Of a DNA stretch of 64,000 nt, positions 47,091 through 60,331 are shown piece after piece. The stretch's first letter is position 1, and the number at the start of each line of letters is the position of its first letter. The notes beneath the pieces were generated by a model, which was given only the letters and a program-made list of their open reading frames with translations, searched no databases and was not told the DNA's origin. The translations under genes were made by a program, and so were the position numbers. This DNA is from Piromyces finnis finn (lineage: Eukaryota > Fungi > Neocallimastigomycota), in the NCBI GenBank assembly GCA_002104945.1, contig MCFH01000022.1, positions 752,382-816,381 of the forward strand, given 5' to 3'.

Positions 47091-48945
47091 GTTATATCAA
47101 ATAGTATTATTATATTTATTGTATTTATATTTCGCGAAAATAATTATTAAATAATAAAGTATCTCTCCATTGCCCGTAACATCAAAACACGCTATTTTCT
47201 TTACTTATTATTCTTTTTTTTCTTTCTTTTTTTTTTATTGTTTTATTTTTTTTCAACTTAATAATATATGATGCTCTTCTCTTATTAAAAAAAAAATGTT
47301 GATGTTTTTATTATGAAAATATTGTTATTATAACTGGTTGAATATTGTTAATATTAAATTTTCTAATTTTTTTTTTTTGTTACAAATATTATAGTTGTTT
47401 TATAATATAAAATTATAAGAAAATAGAAAAATATTTAATAATCAGATATGCTTATAATATATAGTTTATATTAGTATATTGCAATATTTTCTATTGTAAA
47501 AATATAATTTAAATGGAATGTTAAAATTATTGTAAATTTCTTCATTTTCATTCAACTATTTCATGAGTGAAGTATTTATATATTAATAATTATTGATATC
47601 AGAACTGTTTTGATTATAATATCAGAGTTTTATCGTTTTCAACCATACTAATTTCCAAAATATATAGCTATATGTGTATTTCAATGAATGAATAACAATT
47701 TAATAAAAAAAATAAAATAAATTATAAAATGAAAATATATATGTATATAAAAAGAAAAGATAAAAAAATAAATAAGTTAAAAAATAAATAATAAATAAAT
47801 ATTTGAAATTAAATTAAAAATTTAATTATTGAAATTTTAAATTAACATTTTATATTAAAAAAAATTTTTAATACATACAGAAAAAGATTTTTTAATTTAA
47901 AACTTTTTTTTTTTAAAAAAAATCTTTTTATTATTTATTAATGGTGGTAAAAAAAAAAAAAAGTAATTTTTAATTATTATCATTATAAAAACTGCTTACA
48001 TCCTTTTTTATATACCTGTAATTATTAAATAATAATAAAGTTATTAAAAGTATTTTTTTTTTATATTAAGCTATCAAAAAAATTATTAATATTAAAAAAT
48101 AAAAAAATAATACAATTAAAAATTAAAATTTTTTAATTATTTTTTAAATATAAATTAATTTTTTAGGTTATTAAAAAACCATTTATTTCATTTATAAAAT
48201 ATTTTTATTTGAGTTATCACTAACTTTTTTTATTTTATTCATATATAAAAAGATACTTTTTTTTCACTTTTTAAACAAAAAAAATCATTATTATTATTAT
48301 TTTAATAAGAATAAATTGGAATAAAATAGTCCTTTAAATTATTAATGATAAAAAAAAAAAAAAGAACAAAAATATATTATATATAATATTATCTTTATAA
48401 AATTCAACCTTCAGAAAAAAATTATATAATGGTATAAAAGGTTTCAACTAACAATACATATTGTCTATGCTATTGAATGTTAGATGTTATATTTTGTTGA
48501 GGTTCAGTTAATAATAATTTAATAATAAATTTTATTTATTGGCTTGACTATAAAATGCTATGTTTTTTTTAAAGTTATATATACATTCTAATTTCAAACA
48601 AAAACTTATAATTTAAGAAAAGAGATTGATTATACCTATACATATTTGTTCTGTTTAGTTAAAATTCAATATAAAAAAAAGTGGTAGAAGTTAACTACTA
48701 CAATTCAAAATTAAATATCAAATAAGATTTGTATAAAATTTGTAGTTGAGATTAAGAATGTATTGAAATATATTATAAAGTATATTACTGAAGGCGTTCT
48801 AAACACATTAATATGTTAAATCATTAACTTTTAAAAGGAAAAAAAAAAAAAAACTTTTTTTATAATATTACTGAATGAAATCCTTGACTCAAAATTATAA
48901 AAGCTAATAATAATAATAATTTAATATATCTCGTTTCTAAAAAAT

Positions 48946-48990
48946 TGTATTATATGTATTATATGTATTATATGTATTATATGTATTATA
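48946..48990. repeat. 9-bp tandem repeat (TGTATTATA), about 5 units
   Basis: Seen directly. Confidence 0.85.
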
Positions 48991-49382
48991 TATTAATGCT
49001 AAGTTATAAATTATATATTTTATATATATATATATTATGTTTATTATTATTATGTTTATTATATTTATTATTATCATTATAATTATTATTACAATATCAC
49101 CATTATTACTATCACAATTCATAATTGTTACTTCTATTGTTATCATTATTATTACTATTATAGGTGTTATTATATTGTCTGTTGTTGTTGTGTTGTTGTC
49201 GTACTTGTTGTTGTAGCTATTGTTGTTGTTAGCATTATTAGTAAAACTATTTAAATATCTTTTATTAAGAAATTTTAACTATCTAGCTATAATGTATACT
49301 ATTACAACAAAAGAATGTGTTTCCTTAACTAATATTAGGATACATATACTTTATTGATGTATTCAAACTATTATTTTTTGTG

Positions 49383-52300
49383 TTTTTTTTTTTTTTTTTA
49401 GGATGAATTAGTATAAATTCTAGATTCATGTTGGGGCCAGGTTTATACTAAATTCCCTGGTTATATATTTTTAAAAATTATTTTTTACATTGGTCCTTAG
49501 AATTCTGTAAGAAATTGGTCATGATACTTTGATTCAAATAAAACAGAATCCTTGTTATATTACTCTTACAAAATTAGTTTTTTTTTTTTTTTCTCAAAAA
49601 AGTTGATGAATTTTTTTTCTGGTCTGAGAGGTCTATAGTTTTTTTGGTATTCACAAGTCATGCCAAACCCTTCATTTAGAAAATCCTTACTGTAAAGGTA
49701 TATTATTACTATTATTTATACTTTTTTAGGCTATTATATAGCTCAATTGGAAATGTTTATATAAAACATAGTGAAATCATGATGAAATCCAAGTGAATTA
49801 ATCATGTAAAAATTAAAGATCCATTTTTATTTGAGGATTACAACCCTCATTTGTCCTTTCCATTTTTTTTTTTTTTTTTTTGCTTCGTGTTTGATTTTTT
49901 TTCAATTGATTTTTCTAATATTTTAAATTGCTCTAATTGGATTGTCTTTCTAATGGTTTAGGAAATTTAAATGAAGTTCTTTCTATTTAAAGATTTGTTG
50001 ATATCTTGAACCCAGAGGTGATATCCTCATCTTCTTTCGACATTGATCATATTCTTGTCAACTTAAAGATGAAAAAAAATAGTGATTTCATCTTCTGGCT
50101 CTTTTATTGACGGTTACTTTGTATCAAATCATAAACCTTGTATCATATCCACAACATGGACAGACACGAAGGCAGTCAGGTGTAACTCTACTGGCAATAG
50201 CAATTCTGGTAGTGTTTTCATAGTCGCATCGAATATAAATAATTCAAGTAATTCCTAAATTTAAGTGAGGTATGTTGAGACCGATATACATTAGGCAATT
50301 TGAATTAAGGAATTTGTTGTTAGTATATCTGAGGGCTTTAATTTCATTATTTAGGCTACTATTATTCCAATAATGTTCTCTAATATCTTTAGTACTTTTA
50401 ATATTTATTTTCATAAGCTTCTTATATAGTGAACAAGATTCTTTGGCCCAGGAGTAATGAGATACGGAAGGAATAGATCGAACGAGATCTTTAATAATAT
50501 AATTTGATGTTCTCTATTTAACAAAACATCTCACTTGATACATAGCACAAATACCTGAAAGTGTTGGAATCCTTAAATCCCTTGTAAGAGCATACAGACT
50601 AATAAATGAATTTCGTTCAAAAACAAAATTCTTGTTATTCAGATTTTTATTGAGAAAGCTATTGACGCTCCAAAAAACAGCAGTATTGATAAGAGATTAG
50701 ACTCTGCGAGTTCTATTTTTGTTGGAGCCAAGTAATAGAGCATAATAAGAGACTTTACTTAAAATATAGGAATGAATGACTATATTTTTTAAACCAATAG
50801 GAACACAATTGTTAGTGAGAAAGCTCTTAAAAGAGAATAAAGATTTCTGAACTTTTTTATACATATTAGACAGAATAGGAGTCAGAGAAAGATCTTCGTC
50901 GAATGGGATTCCAAGATAGATAGGTATAGTAGGAAGCCTTTGGAATCAAGTACATGCCAATGTAAAATGTTGGATCTACATAACTAGTGGATCCATTAAA
51001 GTTGATAGGTTTAACAACGATAGTTGCACACTATGTTTATTCCAAAAGATATTTCATTTAAATTAGCCCAATCGGGTATTAGATTAAGCATCTTTTGAAG
51101 GATCTTCTTGTTAGGAGCAATTAGAACAATGTCATCAGTAAAAAGACCACCAGAGCAACGTTTATTTCCTAAACTAACACCAAGCCTTTTACATTTATTT
51201 AAAATATTGTTGATGAAGAGATTAAATAGAATAGGAGAAAGAGGACATTCTTGTCTTACACCACGATTGATAGGAAATCCATTAGAGAGCATATCCAAAA
51301 AAAGTACACGAGAATATATAATAAATAGTATATAAATAGTATTGTTAATATTTAATTAATATAAAGGTAATACATGGACTATATTCAATTTGCAGTTTAC
51401 TCAAATTGAATCAAAAGTGTATTTAATTAATTTTAGTTTTATTATTTAATTAAATTAGTATTAAATTAGTTTTGTTTATTTTATATTGAATAATTAAATG
51501 AGCTTTTGAGGTAGAGTAGAGATTATTGAGAAAATCAAAACATTTACCACGTATGCCTAATTTATACAACTTTATAATAATATTAAATATAGGAACCGAG
51601 TCGTATGCTTTTTTGAGGTTAAAGAAAGCAATATAAGTGGCTTTTCCTTTAAACTTTCTTCTTTGACAGATTTCTCCAATGGAAATAAATAAGCTAATGC
51701 ATTCTTCTTTATTACGAAAACCAAATTGCTCAAGTAGGATAAAGTTATGAGAAAGAACATTCTTTGAAATTCTATCAGTTACGATTTTTGAAATGATTTT
51801 AAGGCCTACATTGATGAGAGAAATACCACGATAATTATTACGGTCTAAAAGATCACCTTTCTTTGGAATAGAGACAATGGAAGCAGAGTTCCATTTCAAA
51901 GGAAAGGATCCATTCCAAATTTTATTAAAAATTAATTTAAGACAATTTCCAACAGACTCATGTTCCTTTTCTAGTTCTTCGTTACAAAAAATAAAAATTT
52001 TAAAGAATTCAATTGGGATACCATCGAGACCTGGAACTTTAGGATTAGCACGTCTGTGTACTGGTTTATAGTTTAGTAGGCATGGAGAAGAAATTGCATT
52101 ACTACAAAGGAATTGGCTGTTACCTACTTCTTGAAGGCAAACACATACAAGTTTGAAAATTGTGTAGTAAAGTACAGAGCCTCGTCCTTTTTCTCAGGGT
52201 TCCTACCATTGATGTTCTAGCAAGTACATAAATTGAAAAAGGAAGCATTAGAATTTAAGTGACTAAAGTTGATATCGTCAGAGAGTGAACCAGTCATGGA

Positions 52301-52660
52301 TTTAATAGAACGTTTGTTTTTATAAGATCTATTATTTTTGAGTTTATCAATGAATTTCCAAAATATTTTACTAGAAATTGGGAGTTTATTGAAAAGGGAG
52401 TGTATGAGTAGCATGACTTTTAGCGGACATTTACCGTCGACTTTTAGAATGAAATAATTACCGAGAGATTGTGAATATTTTTTGGTAAGGGAATGGAGGA
52501 CTTTATTGAAAAGCTGAATATCTTTTAATAAGAATTCCAATAATCGTTGTTTGAACCATGAACTAAGATCATGAATAAGATATAATTTATTTGAGTTAGA
52601 TCCGAAGAAGTGTAGACCTCGTCGTAAGGTGAGCAAAATACAATTGATATTGTTCATTTT
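49383..52660 (-). mobile_element. 5'-truncated, decayed non-LTR (LINE) retrotransposon ORF2/RT with poly(A) tail
   Basis: RT motifs PKVPGLDGIPIEFFK, IPKKGD..NYRGISL, EQFGFR, FFNLKKAYDSV, RGVRQECPLSPILFNLFIN, LFTDDIVL, YTYLGIPF; linker KIFWKFI at about 52270-52290; a minus-strand A-tract (plus-strand T run 49383-49399) at the 3' end. Stops, frameshifts and an internal AT-rich insertion are present. Confidence 0.9.
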
Positions 52661-52695
52661 TAAAGGAACTTATTATGGGAAAATAGTTATTAAAA

Positions 52696-52768
52696 ATTGA
52701 TATTGATATTGATATTGATATTGATATTGATATTGATATTGATATTGATATTGATATTGATATTGATA
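52696..52768. repeat. (GATATT)n hexamer microsatellite, about 12 units, next to the LINE 5' end
   Basis: Seen directly. Confidence 0.95.
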
Positions 52769-53439
52769 AATAATGGATAAAATTAAAATAAAATAGTAAT
52801 ATAATAGTATATAAAAAATATTAGTAAAAACGGATATATTGAATAGTTAGTGAATTATTTGTCAAACAATGTTTTAATTTTAAAACTTGACAATGTTGCT
52901 GAAAAACTTAGTTTTAACTTTACTAAAAACTTCAAATTGGATATAAATTTATATTCTGTCACTTTTAATTTCTGAACTATAACTGTATTTTATATTTTTT
53001 TAAATAGATTAATACTGTTTGTTGGTTGACTATTGTGTTATGTTGATTCTGATAGTTGGATTTAATTATTCATTTATGTTGAAAGTAGAATGATAGAAGA
53101 ATGAAAAGTTATTATACCATATTACAAAGGGTAAAGGATTTAAAGAATTTAAATAAAGAACATAATAAAATTTCAAAAATAAAATTGAAACAAAAGTAAT
53201 ATATATAATGAAAAAAAAACAAGAATACTCGATTTTCCAGGATTTAAGTTTTATTGACAAAATGTTAATAGAAAAAAAAAAAAAAAAAAAAAAAAAAAGG
53301 AGTTTAATACTTACCATGAGAGTCCATAATAAACCTAATAAAATTATACAAATATATAGATATATATATAATATAAAGTATAAAAGATATATAGAAAGGA
53401 GATAGAAAAAGTATATAAAAGAAAGTTAGTAGAAAGAGA

Positions 53440-53780
53440 TTCCTTGGAAAATCAATGTTTCAAAAAAAACAACCCTCTTTCGCTGTTACGCACGGAGACC
53501 TTGAAAGAGGGTCGTTCAATTCCATGAGCTTAGTTCTAATAGTATTTCCCAAAAAAGACTAACCAAACATCTATTGCACAATGCTTGGATTTATTTCTAC
53601 TCGCTCAGCACCATGAACATGAGTAAAGTCCCTTGAGAAACTTCATTTATTAAACTAAATGAAGGCATGTTCCCAAGGAAAAGGAATGTTATTATTAACA
53701 CCAATATATTTCCTCAATTAAAAGCAATTTATGGATTTATTGATTAAAGATCGTCAAGTAAGCAAGTTGAAAAAATACAA
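53440..53780 (+). pseudogene. GC-enriched decayed coding relic, possibly a retrotransposon gag fragment
   Basis: One plus frame reads LRTETLKEGRSIP*A*F**YFPKK..CLDLFLLAQHHEHE*SPLRNFIY with scattered stops, loosely like the gag W..F...F and L.Q..ES patterns. Weak. Confidence 0.25.
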
Positions 53781-53824
53781 AACATATTACTTTTAAAAAT
53801 TTCAAATAAAATAAAGGAATAAAA

Positions 53825-53855
<31 letters not shown>

Positions 53856-54408
53856 ATTATGAACCACTTTCCTATTTTGTTTTTATTCTTATTTACTGCA
53901 ACTTTTTTTTTTTTTTTAATAAATAATACACTTTAAATTTTTATACCTCTACATATATATTTTTTCTAATTGATAAATTATTTTTTATCTTTTATTTTTT
54001 ATATAAGATTAGGAGGAGGATAGAATGTTTCTTTTTTTTTTTGTTTACAAAAAATATTAATATGACTTTTTACATGTGTAAATTAATTATTATTAATAAA
54101 TAATAGTTTATGTGATGTTTGTTTGCTTGTTTAATTAAGATATCATTAATATTCATTATTAAATGAAATAATATTTAAATTTTAAATTCAAAAAAAAAAA
54201 AAAAAAAAATACAAAATTTGATGAATAAACTTTAAAAAAAATACATAGTATTTAAAACTTAAAAATTAAATGGATATTTATTAATAAATATCTTTAATTT
54301 TTATATATATAAATAAGTTTTATATTATAGAGTATCATTAAATAAATTCAATTATTTAATTAATACTAATAATTATGAATAGTATTAAAAAAAAAATTGC
54401 TCTCAAAT

Positions 54409-56415
54409 TTATTTAAATCCCTTAATAAATGGATTACCATGAATTTGAGATGATGAATAATTAGTTTTAATGCATGGTGGAACAAGTACATTTTTATTTT
54501 GAACAAGGTATCTTTCAATAAAATCTGGAGTTGGAGAAGCTGTTCGACTTAATGGTGGAGATGGGTATATAGTATTCCTAACAGGATAAGCACAAATATT
54601 TTGACGAACAACAGATTGTGGTTTTACATTATTTATTTTTGGAAAAAATAAAACAGATTGATTTGATGTAGTTGAACCCTTTGGAATAACAGTTGATCCT
54701 TGGAAAGGAGGAATAGGCATGGATGGATGATTTACTGGAATGTTGATTAAAGTAGATTGAGAAGATTGATTTTTGATGACTCTAGACATTGGAAGATTGG
54801 GCAAAAGTTGGGATGGTTTGACGGCTTGAACATTTTGTGGCATCATAGGGATAACTTGAGGCTTTGAAGGGTTTCTTACCATAAAATGATTTTTGGTTTG
54901 GCGAACCTTGGATGGGGTTAATGGGGAATAGATTGCAGTATTTGAATTTGGATGAGCCAAAGTAGTAGTGAAAGAGGAAGAGGAGGATGAGGTAGTAAAG
55001 AAAGGATTTGGGGATAAATTGTAAGAAACAACAGGTGGCATAGCAACCTTTGGTTGCTTTCTTTGTTCGTATTTTAAAGTTAAGTCACGGCTAACATTTT
55101 TTATCAACTTTAACCAATCCTTATAATTACTTTCAGAAACATAAAGTCTGAATGAAATAGCGACTAAACCTTTCATTTCCAATTCATTTAAATGTTTTAA
55201 TGAAATGTTGGTAACATTAGCCCAAACTGTATTTGAGTAACGATCATCACTAATGAATTTATTTGCCATCATAAAAGCAACAGGAATAATTTCTTCATAA
55301 CTCCATTGGTTCAAGAATTTTCCTTCTGGGGTTTGGCTAGCTTCCTTCAATCTATAAATGTATTCTAAAGCGAGAATAACGGAGGAAAAGGAAATTTGAG
55401 TAATTTTAAGTAAATGATCAACATAATCAATTAATTTTGAATAATTATTTTTTAATTCTCCTCGGCAAGAACGACTACAAGCCTTTAAAATTTGAGTTTC
55501 AAAATCTTTTGGATCAACTTGTGCTTCATTTTTTAAAGCGACTTTTTTCTTTTCAACATCAATACCAGCAGTGTTTAATACTGGCTCATTTTTTAAGGTT
55601 GCTTGTTCTTGGAATATTTTAGATTGATAAATATTTTTATATAATACATTTACTTTATCATATTGACAATCGAAAAAGTAATGATGATTATTGGATGGAG
55701 ATATTGGACTTGGAAGCATAGCATGGGTCATTGCTGTTGAATATATAGCAGTAGTGGTATTATCTGAAATATATTTTGAAGAAATAGATCCATTATTATG
55801 ACCAAAGGTATCAGGATTTTTGTATTGAGAAACACTACAACAACACCAAATTTTATAGATAAGATAGATAACTAATTTTGGTAATGAAAGCTCACTACAA
55901 CCTTGGAAAACTTCAGAGACTTGGGTGACTGGAAATTGATTATTAATATCTACGGGCTTTTGTTTTGAAGTTTGTTTTATTCTTTGTTGTTGTGTTTGTT
56001 GTGGTTGTGGTAATGAGCCATGATTATATATTATATTTTGATGATGAGCGGCGGTATTGACTTGTGGTTTGTAGTAATTAGTAACAATAATTGGTTGTTG
56101 TTGGTGGTGGTGGTGTTGTACGTAGACAGGATAACTACTCTTTACAGTATTTATTGAAAGTGGACTTACACGTCTTCTTTTACATATATTTTCAGAAGAA
56201 GAATAGCGAAGTCTTTTAACATTATTATTATTATTAGATACAACACTTTGTGGAGTATTATAATAAGTTGGAGTAGTTATTTGAGTATTGATTGAGTTTG
56301 TTTTATTTTTAGTTAAAACATAAGTGACATTATTGTTATTTGTGTTATGATAAGTAGCAGTGTAACTCATTGGTTTACTATGAAACATTTTTTTAAAGGT
56401 ATATAATATTAACAA
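54409..56415 (-). CDS. Pho85-type (Pcl/Clg1-like) cyclin, intronless, about 660-670 aa
   Basis: Cyclin box YVDHLLKITQISFSSVILALEYIYRL..PVAFMMANKFISDDRYSNTVWANVTNISLKHLNELEMKGLVAISFRLYVSESNYKDW, with Gln/His-rich N-terminus and Pro/Ser-rich C-terminus. The first ATG (MFHSK) lies 9 codons into the ORF-track call. Confidence 0.88.
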   Translation of the reverse strand: MLILYTFKKMFHSKPMSYTATYHNTNNNNVTYVLTKNKTNSINTQITTPTYYNTPQSVVSNNNNNVKRLRYSSSENICKRRRVSPLSINTVKSSYPVYVQHHHHQQQPIIVTNYYKPQVNTAAHHQNIIYNHGSLPQPQQTQQQRIKQTSKQKPVDINNQFPVTQVSEVFQGCSELSLPKLVIYLIYKIWCCCSVSQYKNPDTFGHNNGSISSKYISDNTTTAIYSTAMTHAMLPSPISPSNNHHYFFDCQYDKVNVLYKNIYQSKIFQEQATLKNEPVLNTAGIDVEKKKVALKNEAQVDPKDFETQILKACSRSCRGELKNNYSKLIDYVDHLLKITQISFSSVILALEYIYRLKEASQTPEGKFLNQWSYEEIIPVAFMMANKFISDDRYSNTVWANVTNISLKHLNELEMKGLVAISFRLYVSESNYKDWLKLIKNVSRDLTLKYEQRKQPKVAMPPVVSYNLSPNPFFTTSSSSSSFTTTLAHPNSNTAIYSPLTPSKVRQTKNHFMVRNPSKPQVIPMMPQNVQAVKPSQLLPNLPMSRVIKNQSSQSTLINIPVNHPSMPIPPFQGSTVIPKGSTTSNQSVLFFPKINNVKPQSVVRQNICAYPVRNTIYPSPPLSRTASPTPDFIERYLVQNKNVLVPPCIKTNYSSSQIHGNPFIKGFK

Positions 56416-59400
56416 ATATTTTGAATAATATATTAAAAATGATTTATTATAGTAATGACAAAATGTCTTTTAATTTTTTTATATATAAAATGAAACTATT
56501 GAAAATATTCTTCCGTTTTAAAACTATACATTAAAATAAAGATGTCTATAAACAATCCTTTTATTTTTTTTCTAATATTCTAACTTTGTGCGTATATATC
56601 AAAAAGGTATTTTTTTCAAAATTGAATATAAAAAAAATTTTTTTTTGAAATTTTTAAAGAAATTTTTCTTTCTTTTATACTCTAAATAAAAAAAGATTTA
56701 ATTAAATTTTCATTAATTTAAAGTTATTTATTTAATTTATTTATTCATTCATTTATTTTATAAGTGATTTATTTATTTTAATAATAAATTATTCATTTAA
56801 TGATTTAAAATTATTTCAAGGAATGATCCTTGAAATAGCACTAGCGCATAATAATAAGTGATATTGCCTCATCCCATAAGTAAATAAATAAATAGCATAA
56901 TGATATAAAAATACAATTCTAATTTGTAATAAATACTATTATTATCAACAAGTAAAAGAAAGATTTAAAAAGTTTTATTCCTCTATTATACACTTAATTT
57001 TCAGGTGCGTAGAAGGACCAAACCCCCAACACACAACACCAACAACAACACCATCACCAATGACAATAGTATAAATTTAATATAAAGCCTTAGAATTTTA
57101 ATTATATTAAAAATACATTCCAAAAGAAAAATGCATTCTATGGTGACGCTAAGATAATATAGTATTATTTATTTTGATTCTATTTTAATATATGTAAAAA
57201 TAAATTGTAATATACTACAAAAAATTGGTAATAAAAAGAATAATAAATTAGATTAATATAAAAATAAACAATGGAATATTATATATTATATATATTTATG
57301 GAATATAGAATATATATTCATTATATTCTATTATTATATATATTATATTATATATTATTTATAATATATTATTATATTTATTCTATTATATTTAATAGTT
57401 AAAACCATTTAAATCATTATATTGGTTTATATTGAAATAATTTAAGGAACATAGATTATTATTCTATTTACCATTTATTTTTAATATGAATAGGCAAAAT
57501 AGGAAAATATATTATTCATTATAGTTTTCCCATAGATTATAATTTAAACCAATATATTTGATTAATATGTTAATATACCTAGACTATTTATTTAATTCAT
57601 TCAATTCATTTATTTGTTCAACATTAAAGTATAAATTAAATTTTACATTTTTACATTTTCTGTTTATAAAAATTTCTGAATTTTGAAACGAAACTTTAAT
57701 TATTTCAATATATTAAATATATATTCATAATAAATTAAATTATATATTAGTATATAGTTATATATTATTGTATATTGAATAATTCAATTTTAATAAATTA
57801 TTCAATTTTGATTAAAAATTGTTTTTTTTTTTTTTTTAATTTTAATTTTTAATTTTAATTTTAATATTAAATTTAATTTAGTAGAAAATAGTTAAATTAC
57901 ACCAATTCATTTCTATTTATTTTTAAGGTTGAAGTGGTATAGCAGGAAGGAATAGTCAATTTTACTTAAAGTCATCATTTTATTACTCATAATAAACTTT
58001 AAAAGATTACTCCACATTTAATGTAATGGTATGATTCATAGCATTCTCGTTTAAAAAAAACGATTACTAATGATAGAATCGTAAAAGGAACCCATATGAA
58101 ATTTTAATTTTTCATTCAATAAATATGAAAATAGTATTATTATTATTGTTGTTGTATTTATTTTAATAAAGAATGAATTAATATTTTATTATTTGTATAG
58201 ATGATAATGATGTGTACCATGAATTACAATATAAATAACATAAATTAATATAAAATAAAAATAGACCTCTTTATATTATTTTTCATTATGAAAATAATGT
58301 TTAACAAAATAGCATGTTTTTAAATTATTAATATAAATTAATAGAAAGAAAATATTAATAATCATAGTAATTGATAATATTATAATTATTAATATTACTA
58401 TTATTATTATTACTAATATTATTCATTTTTTTAAAGTTAAAAAAAAATTTTAATCATCAATTAATTTTTTATAAAGAATTGACCAAACGATTTATTTTTG
58501 TGTTTTATTCATTCTTTATTTATAATAGTATTACTAATAAAATATGTATATTAAAAAATAAACAATTTAATTAAATTCATAGTATAAAAATGAGTGGTGG
58601 TTGTAAACAGGTTAAATGACATGGTATAATGTAAAAAAAAAAAAATAGTGATTACTACGATTCATCATTATAATAATAAAATTAATTTAAAAAAAAAAAA
58701 GATTAATATAAAAAAAATTTTTTTTCCCTTTGATCCAATAAACAATGCTATTCAAATTTTAAATGAAAAATAATAAAAATTGACCAGCACCAACCACCCT
58801 GACCGAGTTATTGGCAAAAATTAAAGGGGATGGTGATAGACACACCACTCGAAATTTAAATCTTTCTTTGTATTTAACAATAAACAAAAAAAAAAAAAGG
58901 AGATGAAAAAAGTAAACCGCATTCTATATTTTATCTCATTTTCATAAATAGAAATTATATAAATTAATAAATAATAATTAAATCAATAAAATGAAACATT
59001 AAATAATAAAAAAAAAAAGATAGGCATAACAATAAATAATAATAATAATATTTAAAATAATTAACATAAATACATATGAATAAAAGGTAGTAATATTAAT
59101 TTATATAATATAAATGTATATTAATAAAAGATATTAATAATAATAATATAACAATAAATAAATTAAATAGGAATAATAATAAAAATAAAAATAAACATAA
59201 TATAGAATAATAATAAATGATAATTAAATAATATTTACATAAAGCATATGCTTATTTTTTTTTCTGTAAATTTAATTTTTAATCATCTTACACAGCAATA
59301 AAGATTAAACCTATTTGATGATAAATATAACAATAATTTTGTAAAGTTTTTTTTTTTTAAGGAAAATTCAAAAACTTGAACTTGTCTCAACCAGTATAAA

Positions 59401-60284
59401 CATAAAAAAAATACTTGTTTATCTCCTTCCACTCTTCTTTGTAAATCATTGTTTGTTCCTAAAAATAGCCATTAGAAATTTATATTAAATAAAAAAAAAA
59501 AACAATCAAAAACCTATTTTTTCTCTTACTATTAAATGAATAATTTATTCTTTTTTAATTCAATATTATATTATTAGTATATTAAATTAAATTAAAATAG
59601 AATAATAAAATATATTAATTAATATATTATAGATAAATCCATCATTTTAATTTAATATAAATAAAAAAATGAAACATTTTCCATAAAAAATTTTTAAATT
59701 TCATTTGATAAAATAATAAAAAAAAAGAAATAAAAACTTTATTTATTAATAAAATACTTTACATCAAAATGTATACAAAATTAGAATAATAATTAACCAA
59801 AAATAGTAATTTTCATAAATAATTAATTTTTTTAAATAAAAATTATCCATTTTTAATTAAAAAAAAAGGTGTGTAAATGGTTAGGTAAAAAAGACATAGC
59901 CCAAGGTGATGTAAAAAGGGATTTTATGGCTCTATTGAAATATAGAATAAAAAGAATAAAGAGTTTTTATAAATAATAATTAAATTTATATTCAAATTTT
60001 TTGTATTTTTTATATCCTCTTTTACGACATTGTTAACACTAAATAAAATAATAATACACCATCTAGTCATTTATTTATTCTATTATTATATAAATTTTAT
60101 TTGTTAGTATTCTTTTTATTAAAAAAAATGTTTCAGTTTTAAATAATAAAAAATTTAATTTGTTATATTTTTAGAATAAAAATTTAATTTATTATTTATT
60201 ACGATGATTTATTGTTGGTTATGATAAACTAGCTTAAGAATGACTATTTTTTAATAATTTATTGTTTGTTTATCTTATTATCAT

Positions 60285-60331
<47 letters not shown>

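Noticed and set aside
52217-52657. 146-aa ORF as an independent gene
   Set aside because: It lies within the LINE relic and contains the endonuclease-RT linker motif KIFWKFI.
58797-58810. CCTGACCGAGT resembling a stretch of fungal 5S rRNA
   Set aside because: Only about 11 nt match; the flanks do not follow the 5S sequence or structure.
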